Assembly: GCA_016215455.1 (NCBI GenBank)
Contig: JACRJP010000003.1
Span: 66,657 to 130,656, forward strand
Direction: 5' to 3'
DNA from: Candidatus Tayloriibacteriota bacterium
Lineage (GTDB): Bacteria; Patescibacteriota; Minisyncoccia; Phycocordibacterales; PALSA-1337
Length of the DNA stretch: 64,000 bases
How positions within the stretch are numbered: position 1 is the first letter of the stretch; every line of letters begins with the position of its first letter. Under the pieces are notes generated by a model that worked only from the letters and a program-made list of their open reading frames with translations, did not search any database and was not told where the DNA came from. This document shows positions 30,062 to 39,495 of the stretch, piece by piece. Made by a program: the position numbers and the translations under genes.

Positions 30062-31292
30062 CCCGAAAAAAGAAAGCAAGAATAAAAAAGATCAAGGTAC
30101 TATCAATCACAATCATCTCGACAAAATTGGCGAGATAGCTTTGTACTATGGTTGTAGTCCTCACGCTCCAATCGAAATCAAAAAAACTGATATTGATACT
30201 GCAAAGGAATTCCTTGATCACGATTATATTGATGATAATGGCAAGGGTGACCGACTTCCTCTCCATGTCGAAGAAAAAGTTGCCCTATTACGTACATACA
30301 CTGAAGAAGAGATGCATACACTTCCTCAACCTGTGATGTTGTATTTCAAATCTGCTTTCAAAAATCCTTTACTCAAAAAAACAAGTGACTATCCTCGCTA
30401 CTGTGATATTGAAATCTTGGGTAATAGCAAAAGTGTAGCTGAAGCAACACTCATTCAAATCGCTCGAGCAATTCTCGCAGAAGAAGGCTATGAAAATATC
30501 TGTATTGATATCAATAGTATTGGTGATAAGGATTCAATGGCACGCTTTACTCGAGATCTCACAAACTACTACCGTAAACACATCAATGATCTCCACACAG
30601 AATGTCGTCAACTTTTGAAGAAAGATCCTTTTGAACTTCTTGCATGTAAAAATGACCGCTGCAAACAATTGAATGAAAATGCACCTCAATCAATGGGGTT
30701 TCTTTCGGAATCGAGTCGTGCACACTTCCAGGAAGTCCTCGAATATCTTGAAGCTCTCGATATCCCCTACCGTATCAATAACGGTCTCATTGGTAATCGA
30801 AAATATTGTTCAGAAACTATTTTTGAAATTATTAATCTTGACCACGAAACAAAACCGAAAGAACAACGGACCCTTGCTATCGGAGTTCGTTATGACGGAC
30901 TCTCAAAAAAGATGGAATTCAAACGAGAAATTCCAGGAGTTGGTCTTTCAATACTTATTAAAGGTAAACGCGAAGAACTTCGCAAAGAAGTAAAGAAAAC
31001 AAAAATCCCTCAAGTGTATTTTATTCAACTTGGCTTTGAAGCAAAACTCGCAAGTCTTAAGGTAATTGAAATTCTTCGTAAGGCAAAGATCCCTGTATAT
31101 CAGTCACTTCCAAAAGATAAACTTGGGGCTCAAGTATCTATGGCTGAAAAAAATCAAACCCCCTTCACTATCATCATTGGTAAAAAAGAAGCTATGGAAG
31201 GTACCGCAATTGTCCGAGATACCGCTACTCGCTCTCAGGAAACTATCAAAATTGAGGATTTGGCGGTGTACCTCAAGAAAGCTTCAGAATAA
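30042..31292 (+). CDS. Histidyl-tRNA synthetase-like protein with divergent catalytic motifs (HisS/HisZ family)
   Basis: Clear class-II HisRS architecture. Blocks align to HisRS: DINSIG, ESSRAHFQEVLEYLEALDIPYRIN, motif-3-like GVRYDGL. Class-II anticodon-binding domain present (PFTIIIGKKEAMEGTAIVRD). Motif 2 (FRHERPQKGRYRQF in E. coli) is replaced by FKNPLLKKTSDYPRYCDI. The His-binding loop RGLDYY is replaced by GNRKYC. Confidence 0.6.
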   Translation: MKTTKSSPKKESKNKKDQGTINHNHLDKIGEIALYYGCSPHAPIEIKKTDIDTAKEFLDHDYIDDNGKGDRLPLHVEEKVALLRTYTEEEMHTLPQPVMLYFKSAFKNPLLKKTSDYPRYCDIEILGNSKSVAEATLIQIARAILAEEGYENICIDINSIGDKDSMARFTRDLTNYYRKHINDLHTECRQLLKKDPFELLACKNDRCKQLNENAPQSMGFLSESSRAHFQEVLEYLEALDIPYRINNGLIGNRKYCSETIFEIINLDHETKPKEQRTLAIGVRYDGLSKKMEFKREIPGVGLSILIKGKREELRKEVKKTKIPQVYFIQLGFEAKLASLKVIEILRKAKIPVYQSLPKDKLGAQVSMAEKNQTPFTIIIGKKEAMEGTAIVRDTATRSQETIKIEDLAVYLKKASE

Positions 31293-31368
31293 GCCTCAGT
31301 TGAGTCATTTTTAAACCTTCCGTCGAAGGCCTTGCAAAAACAGTCTAATATGGTATTCTAAAAACCTC

Positions 31369-31614
31369 ATGATAAACGTAGAAATCACAAGAAATCCCAA
31401 CGAAAATGGCATCAGCGTCATCCGACGTTTTACCAAGAAAGTGCAGAGTTCAGGAGTTCTCCCACGCGTACGAAGTATTCGTTACAGTGACCGAACTCTC
31501 TCTCCTTACAAAGTAAAGATGAAGACTTTGAAGACAATCAACCGAAAGGCTGAAATCGCAGAGCTCATTAAGATGGGTAAGATGGCCGAAAAGCCTTCAC
31601 GTTACTCAAAGTAA
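31369..31614 (+). CDS. rpsU: 30S ribosomal protein S21
   Basis: 81 aa. V.V..NE....IRRF.KKV...GVL.RVRS.RY pattern typical of bS21. Confidence 0.75.
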   Translation: MINVEITRNPNENGISVIRRFTKKVQSSGVLPRVRSIRYSDRTLSPYKVKMKTLKTINRKAEIAELIKMGKMAEKPSRYSK

Positions 31615-31630
31615 CAATTACAATAACTTC

Positions 31631-32020
31631 GTGAAGACGGAACCTACGTTCACCCTCACTAATGTAACAAAAGCCAAGCTTCCCCGCTTGGCTTTTGCCG
31701 ATATGAAAGACGCCATCCTTGGTCCTGACTACACTCTCGACTTCTCTATTGTTGATACAGAAACAATTCATCACCTTAATCGCACAACTCGAGGTATTGA
31801 TGCTCCGACTGATATTTTAAGTTTTCCTTTGAGTGACACTGAAGGAGAAATATATCTTAATCCTGAATATACTGAAATTGAAGCAAAGAAATTTGACCGA
31901 GATTATGATAATTTTGTTGGTTTTTTATTTATCCACGGACTTGTTCATTTGAAAGGATTCGATCATGGTAGTACAATGGAACGTATAGAGGCCAAATTCC
32001 GCAAACAGTTTGGTATTTAG
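31631..32020 (+). CDS. ybeY: rRNA maturation endoribonuclease YbeY
   Basis: TDILSFP motif and zinc-binding HGLVHLKGFDH motif. GTG start. Confidence 0.85.
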   Translation: MKTEPTFTLTNVTKAKLPRLAFADMKDAILGPDYTLDFSIVDTETIHHLNRTTRGIDAPTDILSFPLSDTEGEIYLNPEYTEIEAKKFDRDYDNFVGFLFIHGLVHLKGFDHGSTMERIEAKFRKQFGI

Positions 32021-32046
32021 TACTGGTTCCTTTTGCACTCCACCAT

Positions 32047-33228
32047 ATGTCCCGACCAATAATTACAGGTATCGATATCGGTACCTATCATGTTAAAGTC
32101 GTCATTGCACACCCTGCAACGAAGTCTTCATCAGCACCTGTCATCATAGGAACAGGTGTTTCAGAATCTCGTGGTATTCGACATGGGTACATTACGAGTG
32201 TTCATGATATCGGCCGCAGTATCCGTGCTGCTCTTGATGAAGCAGAACGAAAAGCTAAAGTAAAAGTAAAGCGAGCCTTCATTTCTATTGGTGGTATTGG
32301 TCTCGGAAGTATTACTTCACAAGGAGCAACGATTGTTACTCGTGCTGATAATGAAATTACCCAACTCGATGTCAAAAAAGCTCACGAACAAAGTGAGCAT
32401 GACATACAAGCTTCTGCGATTCTCAATCGTAAAATCATTCACTCTGTTCCATTGGAATATAAGATTGATGGGAAAAAAGTGCTTGGAAAACCAGAAGGTA
32501 TGAAAGCTCAGCGTCTTGAAGTAAAGATGCTATTCATTACTTGTCTCGAACATCACTTGAATGATCTCATTCAAGCTGTTGAAGAAGCTGGTGTTGAAGT
32601 TGAAGATGTCATGGCATCTCCTCTCGCAGCAAGTCTTGTAACTCTCACAAAATCTCAAAAAATTGCAGGCTGTGTTCTTGCAAACATTGGAGCTGAAACT
32701 GTTTCAATTGCAGTATTTGAAAATAATATTCCAATTTCACTTGAAGTATTCCCTATCGGTTCTACCGATATTACAAACGACATTGCCCTTGGTCTCAAAG
32801 TCCCTCTTGAAGAAGCTGAACAAATTAAAATTGGTGCAATTACTGGTACGTCATATCCTCGAAAGAAACTCGAAGAAATTATCTATGCTCGTCTCTCAGA
32901 TATATTTGATCTCATCGAAGCTCACCTCAAAAAGATTGGCCGAAGTGGTCTTCTTCCAGCAGGTATTATCATCACCGGTGGTGGTGCAGGTCTAGGTAGT
33001 ATTGAAGACATGGCAAAGATTTCTCTTCGACTCCCTTCACGTATAGGAAGTGTCATGAGCTCTCAAGACTCTCGAGAAAGCTTTAAAGACGCTACATGGG
33101 CCGTAGCATATGGTTTGTGCCTCTTTGGTATCAGTGCTGATGAAGGACCCTCTCTTGATAGCGGTGCCCGTCTTGTTCGCACAACCAAAAACAATATCAT
33201 TGCTTGGTTGAAACAGTTTCTCCCGTAA
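32047..33228 (+). CDS. ftsA: Cell division protein FtsA
   Basis: Actin-like ATPase. N-terminal ITGIDIGTYHVKVVIAH and GGGAGLGSIEDMA motifs. 393 aa. Lies upstream of ftsZ. Confidence 0.9.
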   Translation: MSRPIITGIDIGTYHVKVVIAHPATKSSSAPVIIGTGVSESRGIRHGYITSVHDIGRSIRAALDEAERKAKVKVKRAFISIGGIGLGSITSQGATIVTRADNEITQLDVKKAHEQSEHDIQASAILNRKIIHSVPLEYKIDGKKVLGKPEGMKAQRLEVKMLFITCLEHHLNDLIQAVEEAGVEVEDVMASPLAASLVTLTKSQKIAGCVLANIGAETVSIAVFENNIPISLEVFPIGSTDITNDIALGLKVPLEEAEQIKIGAITGTSYPRKKLEEIIYARLSDIFDLIEAHLKKIGRSGLLPAGIIITGGGAGLGSIEDMAKISLRLPSRIGSVMSSQDSRESFKDATWAVAYGLCLFGISADEGPSLDSGARLVRTTKNNIIAWLKQFLP

Positions 33229-33246
33229 GATTATCCTCAATACTGA

Positions 33247-34194
33247 CTACTCTGTATCACACGAGAAAGATGAGATTGCTTTTGGCTGTACTCTACCACC
33301 GAGAGACACATCATCAACACACCAGTGTCCTGGTTCTGTTTTAAGCTTTACTGAAAGTGCCCAGTGATTCTCATTATTAAAACACTGATATTGTGTTGTT
33401 AGAAACTTATTAAGTGTTGCAATCATCTGGGGATCGTTACAGAAATTAATCGCTCCTCCTTCTACCCCAGGGTCACTCGCTATATAATTTGACCGCATCT
33501 GAATAAGTGCTGCTCGAACTCCTGCATCATATGCCTTAGCTCGTGCTGTATCCAATGCAACAAGAACAACACTCGAGAAGACTCCTACTATTGCTATGAT
33601 GAAAAGTAGGATAACTACAGTCCCGATGACAACAGCAATGGGGTGTGTCTTGCCTTTCTCACGTGGATTAATCTGAGCAATCTCTTCTGGTGTATATTCA
33701 GCAGGAACCACCATTGTTTTGGTTATCTGATCATGCCAACCATATGGATATTCACCAAAAAGATACGAAAACTGTTCAAATGGAATTAAACGTGCAAATG
33801 TTCTTCCAACAACTCTCCAAAACTTTGGTTTAGAACCATCAAGACAAACAACTTTGGTATCACTCGCCCACTTACCAGGAGTACGCTGCCATATAGTTTC
33901 AAAGAAGATGTAATAGGCAGGGTATGCAACGATGAGAAGAAGCCAAGCTATAAAGAATGTTGTTCTTGCAGAATATCCTTGTCCTGAAAATAGAAAAGTT
34001 ACTCCAACAAATATACCAATGAAAATCACGGCGAGAATTCCATATCCAACTCGATCGATCAAATAGTTAACTAAACGTTGCCATATTGTCGCCGAATGAC
34101 GTGCTGTCAGAGACTCTCCTGTTGTTTGCGCCCCACACTTTCCACATAATTTTGTTCCTTCTCCAACAGGTTGGCCACACTTTTGACAATTCAT
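33247..34194 (-). CDS. Zinc-ribbon + RDD-domain membrane protein with C-terminal pilin-like Cys-rich domain
   Basis: N-terminal CxxC...CxxC (CQKCGQP...CGKCG). RDD-like region (QRLVNYLIDRVGYGIL...GKWASDTKVV). TM helix, then a pilin-like amphipathic segment (LVALDTARAKAYDAGVRAALIQMR) and four Cys in the C-terminal domain. Confidence 0.5.
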   Translation of the reverse strand: MNCQKCGQPVGEGTKLCGKCGAQTTGESLTARHSATIWQRLVNYLIDRVGYGILAVIFIGIFVGVTFLFSGQGYSARTTFFIAWLLLIVAYPAYYIFFETIWQRTPGKWASDTKVVCLDGSKPKFWRVVGRTFARLIPFEQFSYLFGEYPYGWHDQITKTMVVPAEYTPEEIAQINPREKGKTHPIAVVIGTVVILLFIIAIVGVFSSVVLVALDTARAKAYDAGVRAALIQMRSNYIASDPGVEGGAINFCNDPQMIATLNKFLTTQYQCFNNENHWALSVKLKTEPGHWCVDDVSLGGRVQPKAISSFSCDTE

Positions 34195-34332
34195 AGTATA
34201 TGTTCTATTTATTAATATAATAATCTTATACTACAAACCTTTTTATTAAAAGCTTGTCAAAGCATAGACTCTTTCCTTTTTCTAAGCGTTTTTGGTATGA
34301 TAGGGGGACTTATAACGTAAGTAACGACCAAC

Positions 34333-35553
34333 ATGCCCAACATCACCCCAGAAATAGAAGCGTTCGCACGAATCAAAGTCCTCGGAGTCGGAGGTTCCGG
34401 AGGAAATGCTGTGAATCACATGGTCAATTCCAAAGTAAAAGGAGTTGATTTCATTACGATTAACACAGATGCTCAGGATCTTCACCGATCTCTCGCAAAG
34501 AAAAAGATTCATATTGGTAAAAACCTCACTCGAGGTCTTGGTACTGGTATGAATCCAGAGATGGGACGTCGTGCTGCTGAAGAAACTCGTGAAGAAATTC
34601 AGGATGCTATTAAAGGTGCGGACATGGTCTTCGTTGCATGTGGTCTTGGTGGTGGAACTGGAAGTGGAACAAGTCCTCTCATTGCTCGTACTGCAAAAGA
34701 ACTCGGTGCTCTCACTGTTGGTGTTGTTACTCGACCATTCTTCTTCGAAGGTCAACAGCGATCAAAGATTGCTGAAGCAGCTCTTGATGAACTTCGAAAA
34801 GAAGTTGATGCAATTATCGTTATTCCCAACGACAGACTTCTCTCAATCATTGATAAGAACACAACAATGAAGAATGCCTTCGCTATGTGTGACGAAATAC
34901 TTCGTCAGGCAGTTGAAGGTATTTCTGATCTCATCACTACTCCAGGTATCATCAACATCGACTTCGCCGACATTCGCGCAGTCATGGAAAGTGCAGGTTC
35001 AGCCCTCATGGGTATTGGAAGTGCTTCAGGAGAAAACCGTGCTATGGAAGCTGCAAAAATGGCTATCAATTCCCCTCTTCTCGATCTTTCAATCAACGGA
35101 GCAAAGGGTGTACTCTTCTCTATTGCTGGAGGTGAAGATCTCACTATGTTCGAAATCCAAGATGCTGCTAAGGTTATTACAGAATCAATCGATCCTCAGG
35201 CAAAGGTTATCTTCGGTACAATCCGCGACGAGAAGCTTAAGAAAAACGAAATTCGTATTACAGTCATTGCTGCAGGTTTCCCAGACAGTTCTCTTAATCA
35301 ATCAACTAACGGTGTCGCAGCGGCTCCCGCAACTCAATCTGCACCACAAGCAAAGAAACCTTTTCAGTCATCTGATGTTGCACCAGCACGAGAAGAAAAG
35401 AAGAGTATTTTCAATAGTGTAACTCCTCCAACACCAGCTCCTCAACCTATCAAAGACGTGAAGGTAGAAGAAAAAAAAGACACTTCTCGTAACGATGATG
35501 ACGATGATTGGGGTGCAGTTCCAGCGTTTCTCCGACGTTCAAAGATTAAGTAA
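34333..35553 (+). CDS. ftsZ: Cell division GTPase FtsZ
   Basis: Tubulin signature GGGTGSG, T7 loop NIDFADI. Pro/Ala-rich linker and conserved C-terminal peptide (DDDDWGAVPAFLRR). Confidence 0.95.
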   Translation: MPNITPEIEAFARIKVLGVGGSGGNAVNHMVNSKVKGVDFITINTDAQDLHRSLAKKKIHIGKNLTRGLGTGMNPEMGRRAAEETREEIQDAIKGADMVFVACGLGGGTGSGTSPLIARTAKELGALTVGVVTRPFFFEGQQRSKIAEAALDELRKEVDAIIVIPNDRLLSIIDKNTTMKNAFAMCDEILRQAVEGISDLITTPGIINIDFADIRAVMESAGSALMGIGSASGENRAMEAAKMAINSPLLDLSINGAKGVLFSIAGGEDLTMFEIQDAAKVITESIDPQAKVIFGTIRDEKLKKNEIRITVIAAGFPDSSLNQSTNGVAAAPATQSAPQAKKPFQSSDVAPAREEKKSIFNSVTPPTPAPQPIKDVKVEEKKDTSRNDDDDDWGAVPAFLRRSKIK

Positions 35554-35562
35554 TAACTTCGA

Positions 35563-36489
35563 GTGATATACGATCTTACAATCATTGGTGGTGGTCCTGC
35601 CGGCATTGCAGCTGGTGTCTACGCTTCACGAAAGCGTTTGAAGACCCTTTTCATTACCAAAGATTTTCTTGGTCAAAGCTCTGTCTCAGAAGGTATTGAG
35701 AATTGGATTGGTACCGTAAAGATTAGTGGTACACAGCTCTCTAAGGATCTTGAAAATCACCTCAAAGCATACGCTGGTGACATCGTTGATATCAAAGCTG
35801 GAGAATCATGTGAAGTGGTACATACAAATACTGATGGGACATTTGATATACAGACAAATAAAGGTTCATACTCTTCAAAAACCATACTTGTAACAACAGG
35901 TAGTGCTCGACGCAAACTTGAAATACCAGGTGCTGATCGCCTTGAACACAAAGGCCTCACGTATTGTGCTACGTGTGACGGACCTCTCTTTGCAGATCAA
36001 GATGTGATTGTTGTTGGTGGTGGAAATGCTGCATTTGAAAGTGCTGCTCAGCTTTTGGCATACTGCAAAAGTGTTACACTCATCAATCGAGGAAGTTCAT
36101 TCCGTGCTGACCCTGTCACTGTAGCAAAACTCTCTGAAAATCCTAAATTAAAGATTATTACCAACGCTATCTCTAAAGAAGTACTTGGTGAGAAGTTTGT
36201 GTCTGGTTTTGTATATACCAACAACACAACAGGTACAGATGTCACTCTTTCAGTAACTGGTATCTTCGTTGAGATTGGATCAGTGCCAACTACCTATTTC
36301 GTTAAAGATACAGTAAAGCTCGACCAATGGAACCATATCATGGTTGATCCACGAACCCAGCAAACATCACAGTCTGGAATCTGGGCTGCTGGTGATTGTA
36401 CTGATGGCCTCTATCATCAAAACAACATTGCTGCAGGAGACGCTGTAAAGGCACTCGAAGATATTTACGTACACCTTACGACTAAATAG
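35563..36489 (+). CDS. trxB: Thioredoxin-disulfide reductase
   Basis: FAD motif IIGGGPAG, redox-active CATCDG, NADPH motif VVGGGNAA. GTG start. Confidence 0.85.
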   Translation: MIYDLTIIGGGPAGIAAGVYASRKRLKTLFITKDFLGQSSVSEGIENWIGTVKISGTQLSKDLENHLKAYAGDIVDIKAGESCEVVHTNTDGTFDIQTNKGSYSSKTILVTTGSARRKLEIPGADRLEHKGLTYCATCDGPLFADQDVIVVGGGNAAFESAAQLLAYCKSVTLINRGSSFRADPVTVAKLSENPKLKIITNAISKEVLGEKFVSGFVYTNNTTGTDVTLSVTGIFVEIGSVPTTYFVKDTVKLDQWNHIMVDPRTQQTSQSGIWAAGDCTDGLYHQNNIAAGDAVKALEDIYVHLTTK

Positions 36490-36498
36490 TATATAAAG

Positions 36499-36527
36499 AA
36501 ATCCCCACTGAATGTGGGGATTTTTTT
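36499..36527. terminator. Bidirectional hairpin terminator
   Basis: aaATCCCCACtgaatGTGGGGATttttttt between convergent trxB and the nucleotidyltransferase gene. Confidence 0.6.
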
Positions 36528-37263
36528 ATTCAAGAAACTTCTCGACGACCATCAATTGTTCAGGGGTATTCGCACCCAAAGCTTCATGAGCAGGAATAGT
36601 TACATGAGCAATGGTTTTACCTTCCTTAATCGCAAAAGCAACAAGATCAGTGAGATAGTATTCTTTTTGAGAATTAGTATTTGAAAGTTTCGGAAGAGAC
36701 TCCGTGAGCCATTGCTTATCGAAACAGAAATAACAAGGATTGAGTTCTGTTATCGCCAATTGTTCAGGTGTTGCATCTTTTTTCTCAACACTTTTTTCAA
36801 TTGAACCTTGTGCATTGCGCACAATTCGTCCGAAGTCATAGAATGGAGCACGCCATTCATTGAAGTCATCTACCTTTACTGTAGCCATAGTAATGGCAGG
36901 CTTTGTATCCTTGTGTGTAGCAGCTAATGCACGAAGTGTTTCCGAACTAATGAGAGGTTGATCACAGTACACAACTATAACCGCCTGAGCATCCTCATTG
37001 ACCGCAGACAGACCAGTTCGAACTGCGTGTCCTGTACCCAATTGTTCTGTTTGTTCTGCATAGCGAAATGAGTCTCCGAGAGCTTTTCGTACACTATCAG
37101 CACTATATCCCACCACCACAACAGGCTCATTTAATTGAGCTTCTTCGAGTGCCTTGAGGACGTACGAGACCATAGGGCGACCCTTCACTGGAACAAGTGC
37201 CTTAGGTATAGGACCACCCATTCTTTTACCTTGTCCTGCTGCCAATACAACAATATCGATCAT
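36526..37263 (-). CDS. Sugar-phosphate nucleotidyltransferase (GlmU N-terminal-domain-like, no acetyltransferase LbH domain)
   Basis: VVLAAGQGKRMGGPIPKALVPVKGRPMV matches the GlmU/MobA-like pyrophosphorylase motif. 245 aa only. Confidence 0.6.
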   Translation of the reverse strand: MIDIVVLAAGQGKRMGGPIPKALVPVKGRPMVSYVLKALEEAQLNEPVVVVGYSADSVRKALGDSFRYAEQTEQLGTGHAVRTGLSAVNEDAQAVIVVYCDQPLISSETLRALAATHKDTKPAITMATVKVDDFNEWRAPFYDFGRIVRNAQGSIEKSVEKKDATPEQLAITELNPCYFCFDKQWLTESLPKLSNTNSQKEYYLTDLVAFAIKEGKTIAHVTIPAHEALGANTPEQLMVVEKFLE

Positions 37264-37302
37264 AAATGTAAAAATGAGTATATCACAATCTCCACCTCGT
37301 CT

Positions 37303-37815
37303 CTACTTCTTTTTACTTGCTTTTTTTGTTGTAACTTCTTTCACAAGAGGAGCACTTTCTACAACAGGTTCTGTTGTGAGAGTTTGAGAGAGGTTATAGA
37401 CAGAAGAAATGAGTTTCTCGAGTTTTGTATTGATTCCTTCAAGTTGTTTCTTAAGTTCATCAATATTTCCACCATTACTTTGTGAAGTACTTGGCGTTGA
37501 ATATGCTCCAGGTGATTTGAAGTCACGTCGTTCTCGTCGATCTGGTCGATCTGATCGGTCTCCACCCATAGCAGCACGTCCAGCAAAACAATCGCGGCAG
37601 TATACAGGCTTTTCACCTGTTGGTCGGAATGGCACCTCACACGCCTTATGACAACTACTACATGTTGCAGCATGCATTGTTGCTGGGCCACGATCAGCTC
37701 CTCCCTTATTAAATCCTCTACCTCCAAACTTCTTACCTCCTCCTCGAAATCCCCCTTTAAAACCGCCATTTCGCCCACCTCGAGTAAATTTATCCATATA
37801 TGTTATTGAGGTCAT
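37303..37815 (-). CDS. RGG/GGF-rich protein with C4 zinc ribbon, putative nucleic-acid-binding
   Basis: N-terminal Gly/Arg/Phe repeats (GGRNGGFKGGFRGGGKKFGGRGFNKGG), CSSCHKAC...17 aa...CRDC zinc ribbon, Arg/Asp-rich segment, then a coiled-coil and Lys-rich tail. Confidence 0.4.
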   Translation of the reverse strand: MTSITYMDKFTRGGRNGGFKGGFRGGGKKFGGRGFNKGGADRGPATMHAATCSSCHKACEVPFRPTGEKPVYCRDCFAGRAAMGGDRSDRPDRRERRDFKSPGAYSTPSTSQSNGGNIDELKKQLEGINTKLEKLISSVYNLSQTLTTEPVVESAPLVKEVTTKKASKKK

Positions 37816-37841
37816 ACACTACCACACTTATGGCAAAATGA

Positions 37842-38207
37842 CTACTTTATACCCCGAGAACTCTCAAGAATCTTACGTACAATTTCTAACTTGGGATTAG
37901 GTTTCAATCCTCTTTCTTCTCTCATAGCAATCTGTGAATGTACTTCAGCAAGTTTTTTCTGTATCCATTTCTCAAATTCTTCAGGAGTCTGACTCTGAAG
38001 CTTTTTTAATTCTATATACTGTTCATCCATTATGACCCCTGGATTATTACGAATCATTGCAATAGCGATACCTGCAATGATGATAGCAGCCGCAAAGTTA
38101 TACGGAGATTGTATATTGGTATACACAATGTAACAGAGGGCAGCACCAATAGCTGCGTATATAAATTGTCTGAGAGTTAACGGACCGAAGATTTTTTCTT
38201 CATCCAT
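37842..38207 (-). CDS. Small membrane protein co-operonic with the SPFH protein
   Basis: 121 aa with a TM helix (FIYAAIGAALCYIVY...IIAGIAIAMI). Immediately downstream of the stomatin-like gene with a 4-nt gap. Confidence 0.4.
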   Translation of the reverse strand: MDEEKIFGPLTLRQFIYAAIGAALCYIVYTNIQSPYNFAAAIIIAGIAIAMIRNNPGVIMDEQYIELKKLQSQTPEEFEKWIQKKLAEVHSQIAMREERGLKPNPKLEIVRKILESSRGIK

Positions 38208-38210
38208 ATA

Positions 38211-38948
38211 TTATTTCTTGATAAATCCTTCAAGTGCCTTGAGAGCTTCAACTGGAACCATATACACCACAGTATTACTCTGATCAGATGCCATATCATT
38301 GATTGACTGTAGTGTTCTCAAATGAAGTGCTCCTGGAGTCTTAGCGAGCATTTCTGCAGCTTGAGCGATGTTTTGAGAAGCAGCCAATTCCCCTTCTGAG
38401 TTGATGATAACAGCTCGCTTTTCTCGTTCAGCTTCTGCTTGTTTACCAATTGTGCGTTCCATGTCAGCAGGCAAACTTACATCCTTCAATTCTACATTCT
38501 GGACTTTCAATCCCCACGCACCTGTTTCCATATCGACAATTTCTCGAATTCGATCAGCAATCTTATCGCGACTTGAGAGAAGTTCATCAAGTGTTACCTC
38601 ACCAACAATATTTCGCATTGTTGTCTGAGCATACTGAGAAATTGCATAGCGAAAATCTTCCACTTCAACAATAGCTTTGTTTGCATCACTTACTTTATAG
38701 TAAATAACAGCATTAACTCGAACTGATACGTTATCTTTTGTAATCGCATTCTGATCAGGAACATCAACAGCCTTTGTTCGGATATCAACTTTCTGATAGC
38801 TCTGAATAACTGGCCATACGATTCTCCAACCCGGTTCCATGATAGAGGTAAACTTTCCAAAGGTGAATTTAACCCCTCTTTGATACTGGTTAATCTGACG
38901 GATGCTTGTAATGACCAAAAACACAACAATCGCAATGATGATATACAT
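38211..38948 (-). CDS. SPFH/Band-7 (stomatin/prohibitin-like) family protein
   Basis: N-terminal TM then SPFH domain (QYQRGVKFTFGKF...VDIRTKAVDVPDQNAITKDNVSVRVNAVIYYKV...) and a C-terminal coiled-coil. Confidence 0.85.
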   Translation of the reverse strand: MYIIIAIVVFLVITSIRQINQYQRGVKFTFGKFTSIMEPGWRIVWPVIQSYQKVDIRTKAVDVPDQNAITKDNVSVRVNAVIYYKVSDANKAIVEVEDFRYAISQYAQTTMRNIVGEVTLDELLSSRDKIADRIREIVDMETGAWGLKVQNVELKDVSLPADMERTIGKQAEAEREKRAVIINSEGELAASQNIAQAAEMLAKTPGALHLRTLQSINDMASDQSNTVVYMVPVEALKALEGFIKK

Positions 38949-39031
38949 AATATGTGTTTATAACGATAATCTATATACGTAATATAGCATAAATTTTGCA
39001 TTACAAGTCCAACTGTCTTACTATACCTAAT

Positions 39032-39493
39032 ATGATATACAATATCCCTGGTGTTGGTGAACTCAAGCTCACAACACTCATTCTTGATCTTAATGGCACC
39101 CTCACGGTAAAAGGAATCATTCCTCCGGGAGTCAAAGAACGACTTGCTCAGCTCAAGACACTTGGCTATCGTGTCTTGTTTTTCACTGGCAACACTCGCA
39201 ACAACGCAGACACAATAGCATCTGAACTTGGCATTGAATGGATCCTAGCAGAAACAGGAGAAGCAAAACGTGACGAAGCTCTTAAGCTTACTCCATCTAC
39301 ATGCGTTACTATTGGTAACGGTCTCATTGATCTCGAATTAATGAAAACTGTCAGACTTAGAATCGTTACACTTCAAGCTGAGGGTGTACACACTCAAACA
39401 CTACTGAACTCTGATATTGTCGTTCCTACAATTCTTGACGCCTTCGATGTACTTATTGATCCAGCAATTCTCGTTGCAACGTTACGGAAGTAA
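39032..39493 (+). CDS. HAD-superfamily hydrolase (KdsC/YrbI-like small phosphatase)
   Basis: Start refined to MIYNIPG. Motif I ILDLNGTLT and motif IV GNGLIDLELM. Confidence 0.55.
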   Translation: MIYNIPGVGELKLTTLILDLNGTLTVKGIIPPGVKERLAQLKTLGYRVLFFTGNTRNNADTIASELGIEWILAETGEAKRDEALKLTPSTCVTIGNGLIDLELMKTVRLRIVTLQAEGVHTQTLLNSDIVVPTILDAFDVLIDPAILVATLRK

Positions 39494-39495
39494 AG

